Source of the DNA: an uncultured Clostridia bacterium
Lineage (GTDB): Bacteria; Bacillota; Clostridia; TANB77; CAG-508
DNA: 64,000 nt
Direction: 5' to 3'
Assembly (NCBI GenBank): GCA_944387425.1
Contig: CALXEV010000002.1
Span: 13,673 to 77,672 of the forward strand
In this document: positions 38,901-46,305 of the stretch, piece by piece
Layout of the letters: each line of letters starts with the position of its first letter
How positions within the stretch are numbered: the first letter of the stretch is position 1
Notes under the pieces: generated by a model
Database searches by the model: none
The model's input: only the letters and a program-made list of their open reading frames with translations
Told to the model about the DNA's origin: nothing
Made by a program: the position numbers and the translations under genes

Positions 38901-41865
38901 AAACTATACAATTGATGAAACAGAAGTGCCAGAAGAATATGAAAAAGTAATTACAGGAGATGCAACTGTAGGGTTTATAATAACAAACAAATATACACCA
39001 GGAGAAACATCAGTAACTGTAAATAAAGCATGGGTAGACGAAAATGACAAAGATGAACTTAGACCAGATTCAGTAGAAATAGCATTATTAGCAAATGGAG
39101 ATGAAATACAGACAGCGACATTAACTGGAGATGATTGGACACATACATTCACAGGATTACCATTAAAAAAAGATGGTGTAGAAATAGAATATACAGTAGT
39201 TGAAAAAACACGAGTACCTGGATATACATCAAGTGTTACAGAAAACTCAAATAATAATTTTACAATAACTAATACACACAAAGTAGAAAAAATATTTGAC
39301 TTGGCATTAAGAAAATACATAACAAAAATAAACAATAATACATTAGAGAGTTTAAGTATACCAACAAGAATACCAAATATAGATACAAGTAGATTAAACC
39401 CAAGAGCAGATGCTGCAACAACTACAGCAACATATAAACACAAAAAGGATCCAGTATTAGTAGCAGAAGGAGATATTGTAACATATGAGATAACTATATA
39501 TAATGAAGGAGAAAAATCAGGATATGCAAGTCAAATAATAGATCAATTACCAACAGGTCTAATATATTCTCCAAGTACCACAGTATCTTCAAAAGATCCA
39601 GAAGGAAATAATAAGAATACATACAATGTGACATATGATCCAACAGAAAATAAAGTAATATTTGACATAGTAAATACTCCTGAAAATCCAGCAAAAGATT
39701 TACAACCATTTGAAACAAAACTAGATTATGAAACACTAGAAATAAAATGTAAAGTTGTATTAAAACCACAAATGGGAGAAACAAATATATTAACAAATGT
39801 AGCATGGATAAGTGGGGCATATGACACAGAAGATGATGAAGTAGCAGTAGATAGAGATTCTGAGCCAGAAAATCATCCAGATGTAAACAAAGACAACATG
39901 GAAGATTATAAAGGAAATGAAAACAACAAAGATGATTTAACAGATAAAGACTATCACTATGAAGGTGAGCAAGATGATGACGACTTTGAGAAACTATATG
40001 TTCAAATCTTTGACTTATCATTAAGAAAATTTATAGTAAAAATAAATGATGATGAATATATTAGCAAAAAAGGAGATTATATTAGAGAGCCAATAGTAGA
40101 TGTAAGCCCATTAGTAAATAAAACAGATACAACATCAATATATAATCATCCCAAAGAACCTGTAGGAGTAAAAGTTGGAGATAGAGTAACATATGTAATA
40201 AGAGTATATAACGAAGGTGAATTAGACGGATTTGCAAGTGAAGTAAAAGATTATTTGCCACCATATCTAACATTTATAGAAGATAGTGAAATAAATGAAC
40301 AATATGGATGGACAGTATCAGAAGATGGAAGAGTAGTAACAACAACATATTTAACAGATAAAGAAATAAGCAAATTCAATGGAACAGAACTTGATTATGA
40401 AGACTTACAAATAGAATGTCTAGTATCAGAAGAAGCACCAGTACATGAAAACTTGACAAACATAGCAGAAATATCAGAATATAAATATGGAGACACAATA
40501 GTACCAGAAGACATAGATTCAACGGCAGATAATATAGATGAAAACTTACCAGGAGATGAAGATTTACCAGGATATAAAGATGATGAAATAGGTCAAGACT
40601 ATGTACCAGGAAACGAAGATGATGACGACTTTGAAAAAATATATGTAAAACAATTTGATTTAGCATTAAGAAAATTCATAACACAAGTACAAGATCAAAA
40701 CATAACAAACAGAGAACCACAAGTAAAATATGAAAATGGACAAATAAGTTATGAACATACAAAAGAACCATTAACAGTACATGTAGGAGATGTAGTAACA
40801 TACACATTAAGAATATACAATGAGGGAGAAGTAGACGGATATGCAAGTGAAATAAGTGATGATATTCCTGAATTTTTGGAATTCTTACCAGAAAATGAAA
40901 CAAACATTAATTATATGTGGAAAATGTATGATGAGAATGGGCAAGAAACAGATAATGTAGAAGAAGCAAAAACAGTAAAAACAACATATCTAGCAAGAGA
41001 AAATAATAAAGATGGAGCAGAAACAAACTTGCTTGTTGCATTTAATGGAACAACACTACATTACAAAGATATAAAAATAGCATTTAGAGTAAAAGACCCA
41101 AATTCAAACACATATATAATAACAAACCATGCACAAATCTCAGAAGATACAGATGAAGACGGAAAACCAGTAGATGATATAGACTCAACACCAGACGAAT
41201 GGAATGAAGGAGAAGATGATCAAGATATTGAAAATGTAAAAGTAGAATATTTTGATTTATCACTACTAAAATTTGTATCAAAAGTAATAGTAATAGAAGA
41301 TGGAAAAGAAACAGTAACAGAAACAGGATATAATGGACATGAAGATCCAGAACCAGTTGTAAAAGTAGAATTACATAGAAATAGTCTAAATGATGTAATA
41401 GTAAAATTCGGATATGGAATAACAATAACAAATGAAGGAGACATCCCAGGATACGCAACAGAAATCACAGACTATGTACCAGAAGGATTAAGATTCGAAG
41501 CAGCAGACAACCCATTATGGACAGACGAAGGAAATAATGTAATATCAACAAAACAACTAGAAAACACACTATTACAACCAGGAGAAAGTGCAACAATAGA
41601 AGTAATATTAACATGGATAAATAGTGAAGATAACTTAAATGAAAAAACAAATACAGCAGAGATATCAGAAGATGATAATCCATATGATGTACCAGATAGA
41701 GACTCAGTACCAGATAATGAAATACCAGGAGAAGACGATATAGATATAGCAAAAGTAATATTATTAGTATCAACAGGTACACCAAAAACATATTTCATCT
41801 TAACATTAGGACTATTAACAATAGTATTAGTTGGAGTAATCTTAATTAAGAAATTTGTTCTATAG
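35944..41865 (+). CDS. Giant cell-surface adhesin: the Gln half of the thioester domain, 10 CnaB-type repeats, 4 DUF11-like repeats and a C-terminal TM anchor
   Basis: The reading frame is open from 35620 and there encodes IAVQKAAVWYFTN, a TQxA(I/V)W-like thioester Gln motif. Ten units of about 97 aa follow (PETIxIPVxKxWxDxxNQDGIRP...TFTDLPKY...YTVKE...GFTVTNTH). Four units of about 215 aa then start FDL(A/S)LRKF and carry GDxVTYxIxIYNEGE...DxLP. The tail is VSTGTPKTYFILTLGLLTIVLVGVILIKKFVL. Confidence 0.9.
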   Translation: MVNAEISSDYDYNIVGPIVIDKNSTSDYSISMTVTNQSGTTIHSSNYSFVDKNGNSLGSVTLKDLVGRSGGFYVKVARNLATTVNIKIEITSNVTKKTLWLKGTESSNQIKLSGTGEAEQPIVEISEAPETETVELTGTPETINIPVTKSWSDSNNQDGLRSTSVTVTLYANNVAVNGKTLTLNSSNSWKGTFTDLPKYKNGIEITYTVKENNPPTGYTPTVSGSITNGFTVTNTHTPETIEIPVTKIWADNNNQDGIRPLSVTVALYADNVAVSGKTLTLNSSNGWKGTFTDLPKNKDGREIVYTVRENNPPTGYTPTVNGSISSGFTVTNTHTPETINIPVEKIWEDNNNQDRIRPASVIVTLYADNEAVGGKSLTLTSSNSWRGTFTNLPKYKDGEIIKYTVKEEIVPSEYEVSVDGTIEEGFTVTNTHIPETIDIPVTKEWVDNNNQDGIRPNSITVKLYADDIVVEGKILTLNASNGWRGTFTDLPKYKNGNEIKYTVKEDTELSGYIPTIDGSMADGFIITNTHAPETIEIPVTKVWSDSENQDGIRPTSVIVALYADGVAVSGKTITLNSSNGWKGTFTDLPKYKNGNKIKYTVKEDEPPIGYTPSVSGSAEEGFIVTNTHTSENVDIPVEKAWVDSENQDGIRPTSVIVALYADGVAVSGKTITLNSSNGWKGTFTDLPKYKNGNKIKYTVKEDEPPIGYTPSVSGSVEEGFTVTNTHVPDTIEIPVTKTWSDNGDQDGIRPTSVTVTLYANDVAVEGKTITLNTENQWKGTFADLPKYQDGKEIVYTVKEDNPQEGYTVEITGTIEEGFTVTNTHKPETISIPVEKVWVDNENQDGIRPPEITVTLYANDMAVEGKTITLNAENEWKGTFADLPKYESGEEIKYTIKENDVLSGYKVAIGGTVTDGFTITNTHETDETSITVTKVWEDNNNQDGIRPPEITATLYANEKPKETITLSEGKWTHTFTGLPVMENGTKINYTIDETEVPEEYEKVITGDATVGFIITNKYTPGETSVTVNKAWVDENDKDELRPDSVEIALLANGDEIQTATLTGDDWTHTFTGLPLKKDGVEIEYTVVEKTRVPGYTSSVTENSNNNFTITNTHKVEKIFDLALRKYITKINNNTLESLSIPTRIPNIDTSRLNPRADAATTTATYKHKKDPVLVAEGDIVTYEITIYNEGEKSGYASQIIDQLPTGLIYSPSTTVSSKDPEGNNKNTYNVTYDPTENKVIFDIVNTPENPAKDLQPFETKLDYETLEIKCKVVLKPQMGETNILTNVAWISGAYDTEDDEVAVDRDSEPENHPDVNKDNMEDYKGNENNKDDLTDKDYHYEGEQDDDDFEKLYVQIFDLSLRKFIVKINDDEYISKKGDYIREPIVDVSPLVNKTDTTSIYNHPKEPVGVKVGDRVTYVIRVYNEGELDGFASEVKDYLPPYLTFIEDSEINEQYGWTVSEDGRVVTTTYLTDKEISKFNGTELDYEDLQIECLVSEEAPVHENLTNIAEISEYKYGDTIVPEDIDSTADNIDENLPGDEDLPGYKDDEIGQDYVPGNEDDDDFEKIYVKQFDLALRKFITQVQDQNITNREPQVKYENGQISYEHTKEPLTVHVGDVVTYTLRIYNEGEVDGYASEISDDIPEFLEFLPENETNINYMWKMYDENGQETDNVEEAKTVKTTYLARENNKDGAETNLLVAFNGTTLHYKDIKIAFRVKDPNSNTYIITNHAQISEDTDEDGKPVDDIDSTPDEWNEGEDDQDIENVKVEYFDLSLLKFVSKVIVIEDGKETVTETGYNGHEDPEPVVKVELHRNSLNDVIVKFGYGITITNEGDIPGYATEITDYVPEGLRFEAADNPLWTDEGNNVISTKQLENTLLQPGESATIEVILTWINSEDNLNEKTNTAEISEDDNPYDVPDRDSVPDNEIPGEDDIDIAKVILLVSTGTPKTYFILTLGLLTIVLVGVILIKKFVL
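36358..39290 (+). repeat. Tandem coding repeat array of 10 CnaB-type units with a period of about 291-294 nt
   Basis: Repeated PETI(E/N)IPV(T/E)K...TNTH blocks. Units 5 and 6 are identical over 220 nt (37576-37795 matches 37870-38089). Confidence 0.9.
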
Positions 41866-41877
41866 AAAATAAAGAAT

Positions 41878-41914
41878 TTGTCAAGAGGGGCGGTCCTTCT
41901 TGACAAATTTTTTT
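41878..41914 (+). terminator. Module-1 repeat copy acting as the adhesin terminator
   Basis: ttgtcaagaggggcggtccttcttgacaa (41878-41906) has perfect 8-bp outer arms and is followed by attttttt. Confidence 0.8.
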
Positions 41915-41941
41915 GACAAATTATGTTAAGCATGATATAAT
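41913..41941 (+). promoter_or_regulatory. Consensus sigma-A promoter with extended -10 for the 42004-45804 gene pair
   Basis: TTGACA (41913-41918), a 17-nt spacer ending in TGa, and TATAAT (41936-41941). Confidence 0.7.
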
Positions 41942-42003
41942 ATGGAATATTAAAAGAGAGGGGAAAATTTTGCACAAATAGCAAAATTAGAAAAGTGGTT
42001 TAG

Positions 42004-43278
42004 ATGGATGAAAGAAGATTAAGAAGTAGTATATTAGTCAAAAAATATGAAGACAAAGATGGAGTAAAAAAAGTCTTACGAAATAAATATGGTACAGTTA
42101 ATAATGCTATACAAATGTTTGAAAATGGTGAAATTACAGAGTTTGAAATAGAAAATTTATTAGAAAAAATGATAGATGTTGTTATTTCATCTAAAGACTT
42201 AACGAGAAGAGAAATTGCAAGATATTTAATGATATATCATGCACTTATTGATGGTGGATTTTATAATGATGTTGGACATAAATATCAATATGATACTAAC
42301 CAAGAAAGATTTGTAAATATAGACGAATTACAAAGAAGAATAAACGAATTAAAACCAATTGCAAAAAGTGTAATAGAACTTAGATATGGAATATCATCTG
42401 GGAAATTAAACACTCAACCTGAAACTAAGGAAGCATTAGGCCTTTCAACAGCATCAGTATCTGTAATAGAAAATGAAGCTTTAAAAAAATTACGTTTTAG
42501 TTTACCCAAAGGAATTGTTGAAGATGCTTATAGTGAAGATATAATGTATGAACTAGAAGAATTAATAAAACAACCTGATGATTATTTTGTGGAATATAGT
42601 GAGCCAGATAAGTCATTTTATAAAATGTATCCAATTTGGGATTTGAATCTATGTATAGGTACATATAATGCATTAAAAAGAGCTAATGTAAATAATTTGG
42701 CAGATTTATCAACAATGAGTGAAGAAGAATTAATGCAAATTAAAATGATAGGAAAATTAAAGATAAAAGAAATTAGAGAAAAGCTAACTTTATATGGGTT
42801 AGATATTAGATATGGTACTGAACAAGTTGAATCAAATAGCACAAGTAGAATTAAAAGGATTAGTTCAGAAAAAATTCAAAAAATAAGAAAATCTGCAAAA
42901 AGAAAATTACAATTGATGGAAGCTTATGGAAGAGGAAAGGAAGAATGTCTCGATATTACAGAAATGTTTGACCCTGAGTCAGTAATACCTGCAACAATTC
43001 ATGAACTAGAAGATTTACAACCAGAAGAATATGAACTTGCAATAAGGTATATAGAATATAGAAAACAATTAGAGCTAGGCGATACTGAGGTAGGAGATGA
43101 GACTTCATTAGGTCCTCAGACATCAAAGCTAGAAACATTTATAAAAGCAAAGAAATCTAAAAAGCAAAGAGTTGATGAATTAAAAGAATTAATAAAAGCT
43201 CAAGATGCCAAGATTGAAGCTTTAACACAATTATTAATAGAAAATGGAATAAAAATACCAAAAGAATTACAAAAATAA
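42004..43278 (+). CDS. Chimeric protein with a sigma-70 region-4-like HTH, an RNA polymerase alpha C-terminal-domain-like HhH domain and a coiled-coil tail
   Basis: SVIELRYGISSGKLNTQPETKEALGLSTASVSVIENEALKKLR matches the region 4.2 pattern (xRxGLxxxxxxTxxExxxxxGxSxxxVxxIExxALxKLR). IWDLNLCIGTYNALKRANVNNLADLSTMSEEELMQIKMIGKLKIKEIREKLTLYGL aligns with alpha-CTD (LDLSVRSYNCLKRAGI...L...EEL..I.N.GKKSL.EI...L...GL). Confidence 0.7.
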   Translation: MDERRLRSSILVKKYEDKDGVKKVLRNKYGTVNNAIQMFENGEITEFEIENLLEKMIDVVISSKDLTRREIARYLMIYHALIDGGFYNDVGHKYQYDTNQERFVNIDELQRRINELKPIAKSVIELRYGISSGKLNTQPETKEALGLSTASVSVIENEALKKLRFSLPKGIVEDAYSEDIMYELEELIKQPDDYFVEYSEPDKSFYKMYPIWDLNLCIGTYNALKRANVNNLADLSTMSEEELMQIKMIGKLKIKEIREKLTLYGLDIRYGTEQVESNSTSRIKRISSEKIQKIRKSAKRKLQLMEAYGRGKEECLDITEMFDPESVIPATIHELEDLQPEEYELAIRYIEYRKQLELGDTEVGDETSLGPQTSKLETFIKAKKSKKQRVDELKELIKAQDAKIEALTQLLIENGIKIPKELQK

Positions 43279-43302
43279 TATAAGAAATATAAGGGGGTTC
43301 AA

Positions 43303-45804
43303 ATGATTAGTAAATTTTATTTAGATAAAGAAAAAGATATAATTGTTAATTTGAAAAAAACTAACCAAGATGAAATTACATATGTGTTAGAAACACCAAA
43401 TCATAATACAGGAAACTTAATTACAAATCTAGCAAAATTATGCGGACTTAAAACAATAAAAAACGAAAATGATATGAAAATAATAACAGGAAAAATTCCT
43501 GCAAGTATAAATGGTGACAATGAAGAAGTATATATATTTAGATTAGGTGGAATAAAAATAGCAAATATTTATGAAGATAGAGTAGAAATAAAAGCAAAAA
43601 TTCCAGCCATAAATAAAACACTTATGTCTCAAACTAAAAATTATAAACTCCCAATAGAAAAAACAATTGTAAAAACATATATTTTAAAAAAATCAAAATT
43701 TAGAACAGACTTACATACCCATATGAATGCAAATTTATCTCCTGATTGTCTGATTGCATTAGGAATTTCAGAACAAGTAAGATATCCATTATATTATATT
43801 AAAAAATTAAATCTTAAATTAAGTTCAAAACAAGAAAAAAATATATATGAACAACGAAAAAATGTTGAAAAACAATTTGAAAATAGTCCATTACAAGGCA
43901 AATATTTAACAAGAAAAATAGATGATAATACTTTTATAAACTTTGCAGACTTCATATTAAATAATATAGAAAATGCACAATATAATATAGAAAAAATAAG
44001 AACAAGTTTAGCAATATTAAAAGATGGACAAGCAGTTTTTACTAATCTTGAAAAATGCTATATTTACAGATATGTATTTGCAAAAGGAATTCCTTCAACA
44101 GAAAAAATAGAACTAACAGAAGAATTAATAAAAACTATTCCAGAAGCAGACATTGTAAAAATGGTATTAAAAATGCAAGATGACAAAAAAGAAGGTAGTC
44201 CATATAAAAACAATACTTTAAGACAGAACAAACTATTGTGGGTTGCAAGAGAATATAAAAAGCAAGGAATAAAATATGTAGAAATTGCAGATACAGATTT
44301 AGCAAAATTAGGAGAACCAGCAGTAAAATTATTACAAGAAGTTCATGATATTTTTCCACAGATAGAAAAAGAAACAGGAGTAAAAATTAGATTTTTATTA
44401 GCAATAAGAAGAATTCCGTTAACAATTATAAAAGACCAAAAAACAAGTAGTACATATTTAAAAGACAATATAAATGTTTTAAAAGCAGTTGCCAAAAGTC
44501 CATATGTTGTAGGTAGTGATTTTATTGGAGAAGAAATCAACGATATTTCAGACTTACAACCAGTAATTCAAAAAATTGTAAAATATGTAAATCAAGAAGA
44601 TAAAGACTTCACAATAAGAATTCACGCAGGAGAAAATGACAGTTTAAGAGATAATGTAAGAAAATCAATTATGTGTGTGAAAGAAGCACTTGTAGATGGA
44701 CAACCAATGCCTAGATGTAGAATAGGACATGGATTATATTCAGAAAACTTAAACAGTGAAGAAGGAAAAGAATTATTAGACTTAATGAAAGAAACTGGTG
44801 TTGTAATTGAATTTCAATTAACATCAAATGTAAGATTAAATAATATTAGTGATTTATCAAATCATCCAATCAAGACATTTTTGAAAAATGGAATTAAATG
44901 TGTACAAGGAACAGATGGTTGTGGATTTTATGGTTCAGATACATTTGATGAACAATTAGCACTTCAAAATTTACTAGGTTTAACAAATAATGATTTTGAA
45001 AAAATGAGAAAAGTAGAAGATGAGATAATTGCTCATAGTGAAAATTTTTTTTTAGAAAAAAGCAAAAAGTTTGAACAATTTTTGAATGGAAGAAGCATAA
45101 AAGAAGCAATACTTGAATTAGAAGAGAAAAATATAAAAGAAACTGAAGGTCAAGAAGAATTAAGAATAACAAATAATATAGAAACAGAAAAAGAATTAAG
45201 CCAAAAAATTAAGCCATTACCAACAGATAAAGTTCCAGTAATAATTGCAGGTGGAAGCTTTAATACAAAAGGAAGAGAAACTGTTGTATCTGAAAATGGA
45301 ATTAAAATATTAAGACAATTAATAAAAAATGTTGATAGTGAAAACGCGTACTTTGTAATAGGTCATAAAATGCAAGGATATGAAAAGGCAATTGTAGACA
45401 TTTCAAAAGAGATGAATAAGAATTTTGAAATAGATGCAATAGTTCCAAAAGTAGTTACTCAAAAAGTAAAAAATAGGTTATTAGATGAAGAAGTAGATGG
45501 AATTTGTATTTCACTTGAAACAGAAGAATTAGGAATTTATAAAAGTTTTAATTATGAAATTTTTGAAAGAAGAAAATCAGTTGTAATTGCTTTCGATGGA
45601 AATTCCCCTGTTCTAAATCTTGTGCAAGAAGCCAAAAATGGAAAAGGAAAATCAAAAATATATGTAAATAAAGAAAATACATTATTACGAGAAAAGGCTG
45701 ATACACTTGAGGGATATGTTGTTCCTTTTGAAATGCAAGATAATCAAGATAATATAGTTAGCAAAATATTTGAGGATAATCCAGAAATTTTAAAACATAA
45801 TTAA
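43303..45804 (+). CDS. Large adenosine/AMP-deaminase-fold protein with an N-terminal extension and a C-terminal LOG/SLOG-like Rossmann domain
   Basis: The RBS is aaggggg. All metal and catalytic motifs are present: DLHTHMN (HxH, about 43710), IRIHAGEN (HAGE, about 44622), RIGHGLY, and QGTDGCGFYG (about 44911). The C-terminal roughly 190 aa read PVIIAGGSF...FVIGHKMQGYEKA...AIVPK...ERRKSVVIAFDGNSPVLNLVQEA. Confidence 0.75.
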   Translation: MISKFYLDKEKDIIVNLKKTNQDEITYVLETPNHNTGNLITNLAKLCGLKTIKNENDMKIITGKIPASINGDNEEVYIFRLGGIKIANIYEDRVEIKAKIPAINKTLMSQTKNYKLPIEKTIVKTYILKKSKFRTDLHTHMNANLSPDCLIALGISEQVRYPLYYIKKLNLKLSSKQEKNIYEQRKNVEKQFENSPLQGKYLTRKIDDNTFINFADFILNNIENAQYNIEKIRTSLAILKDGQAVFTNLEKCYIYRYVFAKGIPSTEKIELTEELIKTIPEADIVKMVLKMQDDKKEGSPYKNNTLRQNKLLWVAREYKKQGIKYVEIADTDLAKLGEPAVKLLQEVHDIFPQIEKETGVKIRFLLAIRRIPLTIIKDQKTSSTYLKDNINVLKAVAKSPYVVGSDFIGEEINDISDLQPVIQKIVKYVNQEDKDFTIRIHAGENDSLRDNVRKSIMCVKEALVDGQPMPRCRIGHGLYSENLNSEEGKELLDLMKETGVVIEFQLTSNVRLNNISDLSNHPIKTFLKNGIKCVQGTDGCGFYGSDTFDEQLALQNLLGLTNNDFEKMRKVEDEIIAHSENFFLEKSKKFEQFLNGRSIKEAILELEEKNIKETEGQEELRITNNIETEKELSQKIKPLPTDKVPVIIAGGSFNTKGRETVVSENGIKILRQLIKNVDSENAYFVIGHKMQGYEKAIVDISKEMNKNFEIDAIVPKVVTQKVKNRLLDEEVDGICISLETEELGIYKSFNYEIFERRKSVVIAFDGNSPVLNLVQEAKNGKGKSKIYVNKENTLLREKADTLEGYVVPFEMQDNQDNIVSKIFEDNPEILKHN

Positions 45805-45850
45805 ACTAAAAAATTAACAAATTTACTCAAAACACTTGACAAATGTGAAA

Positions 45851-45890
45851 AAAAGGTGTAAAGTATATTGGCATTACACCTTTTGTTGTT
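45851..45890 (+). terminator. Terminator after the deaminase gene
   Basis: An 11-bp stem, aaaaggtgtaa (45851-45861) pairing with ttacacctttt (45874-45884), followed by a T-rich tail. Confidence 0.7.
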
Positions 45891-45937
45891 TATAATAACG
45901 AAAATAAGTAATGCAACTAAAGAAAGAGGTAGTAATT

Positions 45938-46285
45938 ATGGAAAAGAAAGTAGAAATAAGTATGTTATGGCAAATTTATGGAAAGCTATTAACAGAAAAA
46001 CAGTATGAGTACATTGATTATTACTATAATGAAGACTTATCTTTATCAGAAATTGCAGAAAATGAAGGCATTACAAGACAAGCTGTAAGAGACATCATCA
46101 AGAAAGGAGAGAGAAAACTTTTCGAATACGAAGAAAAGCTATTGTTTATGAGAAAGACAATTAATCAAGAAAAACAAATACAACATATTTTACTTAATTT
46201 AAACAAAATTCAAAAAGACTCATCAGATAAACAAGTAACAAATATATTGGAAGAAGTTAAAAAAGAATTAAATTGTTTAGTCTAA
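45938..46285 (+). CDS. ylxM: YlxM/UPF0122 putative HTH protein of the SRP operon
   Basis: LLTEKQYEYIDYYYNEDLSLSEIAENEGITRQAVRDIIKKGERKL is typical of YlxM. The gene lies immediately upstream of ffh. ATG 45938 follows the RBS agaggt. Confidence 0.88.
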   Translation: MEKKVEISMLWQIYGKLLTEKQYEYIDYYYNEDLSLSEIAENEGITRQAVRDIIKKGERKLFEYEEKLLFMRKTINQEKQIQHILLNLNKIQKDSSDKQVTNILEEVKKELNCLV

Positions 46286-46305
46286 ACAAAAGATAGGAGG
46301 CAAGT

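Noticed and set aside
35831-41984. Many 60-180-aa minus-strand ORFs inside the adhesin gene (for example 38904..39443, 39494..40021 and 41472..41984), and similar ones inside the NRPS, pheT, lonC and pflB genes
   Set aside because: Their products are Leu/Phe/His/Ile-rich low-complexity sequences typical of the antisense frames of AT-rich, GAA/GAT-rich coding DNA. They lie entirely within well-supported genes and have no RBS.
43303-45804. Whether to call the deaminase a RADAR RdrB
   Set aside because: RADAR requires an adjacent RdrA ATPase of about 900 aa. The only partner gene here is the sigma-r4/alpha-CTD chimera, and no ATPase is nearby. I also cannot verify RdrB-specific insertions without a search. 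I therefore describe it only as RADAR/Cad1-like in concept.
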